Below, piece after piece: positions 15,272-20,000 of a stretch of DNA of 20,000 bases (positions are counted from its first letter, which is position 1; the number at the start of each line of letters is the position of its first letter). Position numbers and translations under genes: made by a program. This DNA comes from an uncultured virus (IMG/VR IMGVR_UViG_3300037840_000255). Its lineage: Duplodnaviria; Heunggongvirae; Uroviricota; Caudoviricetes. The notes beneath the pieces are model-generated. The model was not told where the DNA came from, ran no database searches, and saw only the letters and a list, made by a program, of their open reading frames with translations. Location of the stretch: the IMG/VR virus record IMGVR_UViG_3300037840_000255. One strand, written 5' to 3'.

Positions 15272-15502
15272 ATGTCAAGTCAGACTGGACAAATCGCCCG
15301 ATCTTCAAACCGGGATACGGCGAAACTCATGGCGCTAAAGGAAAGCGGCATCAGCGGAACGAGCGAGGCCGTCTGCTTTGCGAAGGGCTGGGAGGCCGCG
15401 ATGGACTGCGCTGCTGAAAGTATCGACGCCCTTTTGTCAGCGGTTCATGAGCGGGAACTTGGCCGCACCATCGCCTACGCTATTTCGACTTTGAAAGAGT
15501 AA
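15272..15502 (+). CDS. Hypothetical phage protein
   Basis: ORF in the coupled array; GWEAAMDCAA motif. Confidence 0.6.
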   Translation: MSSQTGQIARSSNRDTAKLMALKESGISGTSEAVCFAKGWEAAMDCAAESIDALLSAVHERELGRTIAYAISTLKE

Positions 15503-15520
15503 TGACAGATTAATCGCCAG

Positions 15521-16270
15521 ATGACCGAGCCTCGGATTATATGTCGCTACTCTTGTGGGGCCGCTTCGGCGGTAGCCACCAAGATGACATTGCGTAAATA
15601 CGGTCACGGTCGCGTCGAGATTGTCTACGACCCCGGTTCCGAGCATCCCGATAATGTGCGGTTTCGAGCGGATTGTGAGCGATGGTTCGGCAAGCCGGTG
15701 ACGGTCCTCAAGTCCGACAAGTACGCCGACACTTGGGCGGTCTGGGAAGGCGAGCGGTTCATTGCCTCACAGCATGGGGCGCCATGTACCGGAATCCTCA
15801 AACGTGAGCCGTGGCACGCGGTGGAGCGCCCGAGCGACATCCTAGTGCTTGGCTACACGTGCGAGGAACGGGACCGGGCGGACAGTCTCCGCAAGGCGAA
15901 TTTTGAGCGCATGATCGAGACGCCGCTTATCGAGGCTGGACTATCCAAGGCCGACTGCCTCGCCATGATTGAGCGCGCCGGCATCGACCTGCCTGCGATG
16001 TACCATCTAGGATTCCAGAATAACAATTGCATCGGCTGTCCCAAGGGCGGCCGGGGCTATTGGAACATGATCCGCAAGCACTTCCCCGAAAAGTTCGATC
16101 GCATGGCGCTTTTACAGCGCGAGCTGGGGGTGGCCTTTTGGCTAGAGCCGGATGGCACAGAGCTATTCTTAGACCAGCTAGACCCGAAACGCGGGGTACA
16201 GCACGACGAGCCCAATATCGACTGCTCGGTGATGTGCCATATCGCGGAGAAGGATTTGGCCGATGTCTGA
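15521..16270 (+). CDS. PAPS-reductase-like / adenine nucleotide alpha-hydrolase (PP-loop) phage enzyme
   Basis: ICRYSCGAASAVA PP-loop variant, EHPDNVRF, GAPCTGILKR, LGYTCEE..RA, PLIE..LSKADC, MYHLGFQNNNCIGCPKGG.GYW, CSVMC. Confidence 0.85.
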   Translation: MTEPRIICRYSCGAASAVATKMTLRKYGHGRVEIVYDPGSEHPDNVRFRADCERWFGKPVTVLKSDKYADTWAVWEGERFIASQHGAPCTGILKREPWHAVERPSDILVLGYTCEERDRADSLRKANFERMIETPLIEAGLSKADCLAMIERAGIDLPAMYHLGFQNNNCIGCPKGGRGYWNMIRKHFPEKFDRMALLQRELGVAFWLEPDGTELFLDQLDPKRGVQHDEPNIDCSVMCHIAEKDLADV

Positions 16271-16451
16271 CGCCGTACGGGAGTTTGAGAACAGCATTTG
16301 CGGAACCTGCCCGCGCTGTGGCGCCGTCTGCGATTACGGCTGCCGCTGCCCGAACCGCGACCCGGAGTTTCCATTGGTCAAGTACGATGATCCGCGCGCA
16401 GTAGAGGCGCGCAAACGACGGCTAACTTCTGCAATGCAGGAAAAATCATGA
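16263..16451 (+). CDS. Small Cys-rich protein
   Basis: CGTCPRCGAVCDYGCRCP. Confidence 0.6.
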   Translation: MSDAVREFENSICGTCPRCGAVCDYGCRCPNRDPEFPLVKYDDPRAVEARKRRLTSAMQEKS

Positions 16452-16777
16452 GCGAGAGCGAGCACACGCCGGGACCGTGGATCATAAACGATGAAAACCC
16501 ACGGCGTTTAAAAGTTGAATGTTCGGCCTACGAGGACGAAACACCCGGCATCTGCGGTGCTCATTCTAAGGAATGGCCTTTAACTCGCGACGACGCGCGC
16601 CTTATTTCTAAGGCGCCAGAATTACTGATGGCGCTCATCAAGCTGTCTAACGAGGCTTCCGGCTGGTTCGGCTATGAGCCCGAAATGCGACAGATAGCGG
16701 GCAATACGAATTTCGCGGTCCTGAAACAGCGCGTCGATGAGGCCAGGGCCATCATCGCTGAAGCGGTCGGCAGTTAA
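16448..16777 (+). CDS. HTPGPW-family phage protein
   Basis: HTPGPW...DARLISKAPELL.AL...ARAIIAEA. Confidence 0.85.
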   Translation: MSESEHTPGPWIINDENPRRLKVECSAYEDETPGICGAHSKEWPLTRDDARLISKAPELLMALIKLSNEASGWFGYEPEMRQIAGNTNFAVLKQRVDEARAIIAEAVGS

Positions 16778-16793
16778 CTGAGGTAATTCACCC

Positions 16794-17003
16794 ATGACCC
16801 ACGAACGTACATTAGCTGGTCGGGCACTCCTAGAGCAACGCGACGCCGTGAGAAAATGGATTGAGCAGAATCGAGACAGCGCGGAGTCATCACAGATTGA
16901 AGCTGCCGAATTGCTGTCCTGCGAACTTTACTATGCGGCGGCTAATGGTGACACGAGTCGTCTGTTGCGTCGTTACTCGCCAACTGTACGAGGGGAACCA
17001 TGA
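16794..17003 (+). CDS. Hypothetical protein
   Basis: GAGG SD; ATGA coupling to the next gene. Confidence 0.6.
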   Translation: MTHERTLAGRALLEQRDAVRKWIEQNRDSAESSQIEAAELLSCELYYAAANGDTSRLLRRYSPTVRGEP

Positions 17004-17446
17004 CCGTCAAGGTGCCGCCCTTCACGCTCGCCGACGCCGATCCGTCGATGATGAACGCGGTTCTTCGGCGCATCGGCCGACCCTGGCGCAAGATCGGCGC
17101 TACGTGGCCCGACTACGGGCTTGTGCGCGTGCAGTGGGAAGGTCCGTGGACGAAGCCCGGTGTCCCGAAGCGCGCCAGATACCGCTACACGCATTGGATA
17201 GGAGCTGCGGAGCGTTCCGGCGAGACCGGCATCTTCGACATCAACTGCATCAATAATGGCACCGGCTGGGTGTCTCTGAAGGATTGGTACAATCTTGTCG
17301 TGCCGTTCATCATCAAACAATATCCGCGCGCTACTGGCGGATGGCACATCACACACGCAATCGAAATCGAAAAAGCCGGGAAGATTGCGCGCACTGTGCT
17401 TAGCTTCCCAGGCGATCCCGATCTTGAACTGACAGCAGCAGAGTAA
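17000..17446 (+). CDS. Hypothetical protein, possibly a degenerate papain/C39-like fold
   Basis: THWIG...IFDIN His-Asp pair is present; no N-terminal Cys. Confidence 0.55.
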   Translation: MTVKVPPFTLADADPSMMNAVLRRIGRPWRKIGATWPDYGLVRVQWEGPWTKPGVPKRARYRYTHWIGAAERSGETGIFDINCINNGTGWVSLKDWYNLVVPFIIKQYPRATGGWHITHAIEIEKAGKIARTVLSFPGDPDLELTAAE

Positions 17447-17457
17447 CACGGGGTTAA
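17444..17457 (+). repeat. Junction 14-mer TAACACGGGGTTAA, copy 1
   Basis: Starts at the stop codon of the upstream gene; identical to 18160-18173. Confidence 0.9.
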
Positions 17458-17462
17458 TCGCC

Positions 17463-17708
17463 ATGAACTGTAAGCACTGCAAAGGGACTGGGCGCATTGA
17501 GCGGACTGGCGACGGGTCGCTCTACAGCCAAATTGCCAACCAGACAGACCGTTGCCCAACCTGCCGAGGGTCAGGAACCCTCAAGCCTGACTTCCCAACA
17601 CTGCCCGGTGGCAGGGTTGATATTGACGCTATGAATAGGGCTAATTGCCCCGACGTGCTTCATGGAGGTCGTGAAGAAGATTGCCAAGACAACGATGAGG
17701 GGGCCTGA
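17463..17708 (+). CDS. DnaJ-type zinc finger protein
   Basis: CKHCKGTG...CPTCRGSG (two CxxCxGxG repeats). Confidence 0.75.
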   Translation: MNCKHCKGTGRIERTGDGSLYSQIANQTDRCPTCRGSGTLKPDFPTLPGGRVDIDAMNRANCPDVLHGGREEDCQDNDEGA

Positions 17709-17713
17709 CGAGT

Positions 17714-17920
17714 ATGATGCTCGATTGCATTGATACATCCATGAATTACCCCTACCGCGCAAAATGCAGCTGGTGCGGGAAGGAATGGTATTCCGTAGTA
17801 CCCAAGGGGCATCAACACATCGTTGCGTGTGGCGCCTGCGGATCGGGCGATGTCGAAATCTACGGTTTGAGAGAAAACGTCGGATATGACCCAACTTCAT
17901 CCGACGATGTAGACCACTAA
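17714..17920 (+). CDS. Small zinc-ribbon protein
   Basis: CSWCG...CGACG. Confidence 0.6.
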   Translation: MMLDCIDTSMNYPYRAKCSWCGKEWYSVVPKGHQHIVACGACGSGDVEIYGLRENVGYDPTSSDDVDH

Positions 17921-17934
17921 CCAGGGGCGTTAAC

Positions 17935-18162
17935 ATGGCAAAATCAGCACTCGATAGCAGTCTTGATGAACTAGAGCGCGTGAACGCCATTAGGACGCGC
18001 ATTCATCTTGCGGCTAAGGAGTTGATCGAGTCCAAGCAATCGACCTATCGCGCCAGGAATGGCCGCGACATGGGAATAGAGGACGAGTCTGGGGAGAAAT
18101 GCTGGATCGTTCCGTTCGATAAAATGGATGCACTGATCGCCGCGTTGGAAGCTGACGGCTAA
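17935..18162 (+). CDS. Hypothetical phage protein
   Basis: TYRARNGRDMGIEDESGEKCWIVP motif. Confidence 0.7.
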   Translation: MAKSALDSSLDELERVNAIRTRIHLAAKELIESKQSTYRARNGRDMGIEDESGEKCWIVPFDKMDALIAALEADG

Positions 18163-18173
18163 CACGGGGTTAA
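18160..18173 (+). repeat. Junction 14-mer TAACACGGGGTTAA, copy 2
   Basis: Identical to 17444-17457 and again starts at a stop codon. Confidence 0.9.
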
Positions 18174-18178
18174 CGGCA

Positions 18179-18451
18179 ATGCCGCAAAAGATCGACATTC
18201 CCTTAGATCAAGCAATTGCCCTCGTCCGCGCTTGCCAAAAGCTGAATTGCGACACGGCTGAGCAGCTATTCGATATGGTCAATGAGCGGTGCGGGGAGAT
18301 TAAGACGCTACGCGAGGCCCTAGAGCCATTTGCCGACATTCCCCTCGCAAGGGACACTGACCGGAACGCGCCGAACAGAATTGAAGCTGTCGATATGGCA
18401 ATCACCCCGAAGCAGGTTCGCGTGGCGCGATCAGCCATGCGACACACTTAA
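18179..18451 (+). CDS. Hypothetical phage protein
   Basis: EIKTLREALEPFA...VRVARSAM motif. Confidence 0.7.
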   Translation: MPQKIDIPLDQAIALVRACQKLNCDTAEQLFDMVNERCGEIKTLREALEPFADIPLARDTDRNAPNRIEAVDMAITPKQVRVARSAMRHT

Positions 18452-18470
18452 CGACAGACAGGACGTTAAC

Positions 18471-18662
18471 ATGCCAGAACACAGATGGTCAGGCTGGCCC
18501 GGCGCATGGTGTCTCGATTGTGGATGTAGCGATCCGCGCGAGGATGCCTTAGCAGACGGCGGCGATCCAATGGACTTGAAATTCGATGTGGCGGCGATGG
18601 AATGTAGCGAGCCGGGAAGCGGCCGTCACGACCCATATAAAAGCCGGCCGTCAGGACGATAG
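18471..18662 (+). CDS. Small Cys/His phage protein
   Basis: MPEHRWSGWPGAWCLDCG...C..PGSGRHDPY; AGGA SD. Confidence 0.7.
   Translation: MPEHRWSGWPGAWCLDCGCSDPREDALADGGDPMDLKFDVAAMECSEPGSGRHDPYKSRPSGR
18614..18655 (+). repeat. 42-bp direct repeat, copy 2
   Basis: GGGAAGCGGCCGTCACGACCCATATAAAAGCCGGCCGTCAGG. Confidence 0.95.
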
Positions 18663-18851
18663 TGGATGAATGAGAGCGGACACAATTTCAGTTGCGGGGA
18701 GGACGGCCAATCGTGCTGCCGCTGCGGTTGCCGTTTTTGGACGATCCTCAACGAGCGAACGGAAGCGTCAAAGCAACAATGCCCAGGTCGCGGCCAACGG
18801 CTCATATGGCCGTCACAGAATGACGACTAACCGCCGATCAGAGGACAAAAG

Positions 18852-19034
18852 ATGACCCCGGAACAAGTCGCAACCGCTATTGAACTTGCACTTTACCGCG
18901 TCGCTGACCGGCTTAAAAACATGAGCGCCCACAACAAGCCAACGGGGTTAAGTGAATTGGCAACCGCGCTGCGAGAGGTCGGATATGAACTAGCCTCCAT
19001 TCGCGCGGGCCATGAGAAAGCAAAAGCCGATTGA
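18852..19034 (+). CDS. Hypothetical helical protein (60 aa)
   Basis: GAGGA SD. Confidence 0.6.
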   Translation: MTPEQVATAIELALYRVADRLKNMSAHNKPTGLSELATALREVGYELASIRAGHEKAKAD

Positions 19035-19058
19035 CCCGTCCAAAGCAGGGAGATTGAA

Positions 19059-19304
19059 ATGGCCGATGACGATGGTTGGGATAACAGCGTAGGCCGCGCA
19101 GGTGGGCCGCGCCTGAAACAATGGCGCCATAAAAAACGTGGCACCGTTTACACGGAAATAGGTCGCGCAAAGTTGCAAGCTTCCGACACCGGCGGTATGG
19201 GCGACCATCATCCCATGGTGGTTTACCGTGGCGAAGATGGTCAGCTTTGGGTGCGCCCAGAAGATGAATTTGATGACGGCCGGTTTGAGTCGGTTAATCG
19301 GTAG
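19059..19304 (+). CDS. DUF1653-like protein
   Basis: WRHKKRGTVY..IG.A...MVVYRGEDGQLWVRPEDEF..GRFE. Confidence 0.8.
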   Translation: MADDDGWDNSVGRAGGPRLKQWRHKKRGTVYTEIGRAKLQASDTGGMGDHHPMVVYRGEDGQLWVRPEDEFDDGRFESVNR

Positions 19305-19315
19305 CGAACCGCCAG

Positions 19316-19498
19316 ATGCCGACCAAAGAAGAAACCGAACTGGCCGCCCGAGCTATCCACAATCATTGGATGCTCACCGCACGGGCCGTCAAGAATGGCG
19401 AACTGTCTCCCCTCGAATGGAGCGAGATTGCGGAGGGTCCCGCTAAGGAGCATTTCCGCACGCTGGCAAAAGCCGCGCTGGAAATGAAACCGCGATAA
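19316..19498 (+). CDS. Hypothetical phage protein
   Basis: ELAARAIH...W......KEHFRTLAKAALE motif. Confidence 0.65.
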   Translation: MPTKEETELAARAIHNHWMLTARAVKNGELSPLEWSEIAEGPAKEHFRTLAKAALEMKPR

Positions 19499-19524
19499 CA
19501 TCACATTAACTTGGAGAATCCCAT

Positions 19525-19728
19525 ATGCTTGTTGTTCTCAAAAAGACATACACTATCAGCGTCACGATCCAGGAGGGAAACGACGAGTTCTGGGAAAGCC
19601 TACGCGGCAAATCCGGCGCCGATGAGGTCGTGAACGAGGTCAAGAAGGCGCTCGCCGGTCGCGGTTTCCAAGAAGGCTACGGGACACACGTTCGGCTCGA
19701 ACGATTTGAAGAACGAGCGCCGGAGTAG
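19525..19728 (+). CDS. Hypothetical protein
   Basis: GGAG SD; YTISVTIQEGNDEFWE. Confidence 0.7.
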   Translation: MLVVLKKTYTISVTIQEGNDEFWESLRGKSGADEVVNEVKKALAGRGFQEGYGTHVRLERFEERAPE

Positions 19729-19742
19729 CCAGTTAAACCCCC

Positions 19743-20000
19743 ATGAGCGGGCAACGCTACAGCCAAGCCGTTCAAAAAACCTCTCGGCATTTTACGCCGT
19801 GGGAGGCGCTCCCGGCGCGCTATCTTCAATCATGCTGCGGCTGCGGCCTGGTTCACGAGTGGCACTTTAGCTGGCGCAAAGTCGAAGGTAAGGTTTTGCT
19901 CGGCAAGCGTCTGAGACAACACGTTGGCGAGACCAAAAAAGAACGCAAGCGGATGACAAAGAGGCGTTGGGGGGGGGGGCGGGCCCCCGCCCGCCGGCGC
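19743..20000 (+). CDS. Phage protein with CCxCGLVH motif, partial (no stop in window)
   Basis: Manual translation: MSGQRYSQAVQKTSRHFTPWEALPARYLQSCCGCGLVHEWHFSWRKV...KRRWGGGG. Confidence 0.6.
   Translation, partial: MSGQRYSQAVQKTSRHFTPWEALPARYLQSCCGCGLVHEWHFSWRKVEGKVLLGKRLRQHVGETKKERKRMTKRRWGGGRAPARRR

Noticed and set aside
14717..18655. Diversity-generating retroelement TR/VR pair
   Set aside because: The repeat is only 42 bp, the mismatches are not adenine-specific (A/G, T/C, T/C), and no reverse transcriptase is present.
18670..18855. 61-aa ORF MRADTISVAG...
   Set aside because: Weak SD and atypical composition; not supported enough to list as a CDS.
14509..19738. Canonical integron attC array or CRISPR array
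   Set aside because: The junctions are only about 15-25 bp and lack the long imperfect attC palindromes. There is no intI and no regularly spaced repeat-spacer structure.

Overview
This 20-kb window looks like the early/middle region of an alphaproteobacterial (probably Hyphomicrobiales/Rhizobiales-type) phage or prophage. The host inference rests on GcrA-like and GapR-like genes and the promoter style. A short leftward arm (RHH-like protein, GapR-like/RMF-like fusion, RuvC-like resolvase running off the window) diverges at about 1280-1540 from a long, tightly coupled rightward arm. That arm carries a Ycf46-type AAA+ ATPase module, small phage genes, an ERF + YqaJ/lambda-exonuclease + NinB-like + HNH recombination block, small membrane proteins, an XRE HTH, a GcrA-HTH protein, a PAPS-reductase-like enzyme and about 15 tiny accessory ORFs. 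A complete 1801-bp IS1595-family (ISSod11-like) element with 25-bp IRs, an 8-bp TSD and a passenger gene splits one phage gene. Three signals stand out. (1) From about 14.5 kb on, the accessory ORFs are joined by recurrent TAA-N7-TTAA(C)-type junctions, including an identical 14-mer flanking a 3-gene block; this could be a gene-cassette system or a set of CtrA boxes. (2) A conserved leader motif, AACCGATGGAG, often preceded by a hairpin, sits in front of several early genes on both strands. (3) The IS carries cargo. All product calls come from motif recognition by eye, with no database search.
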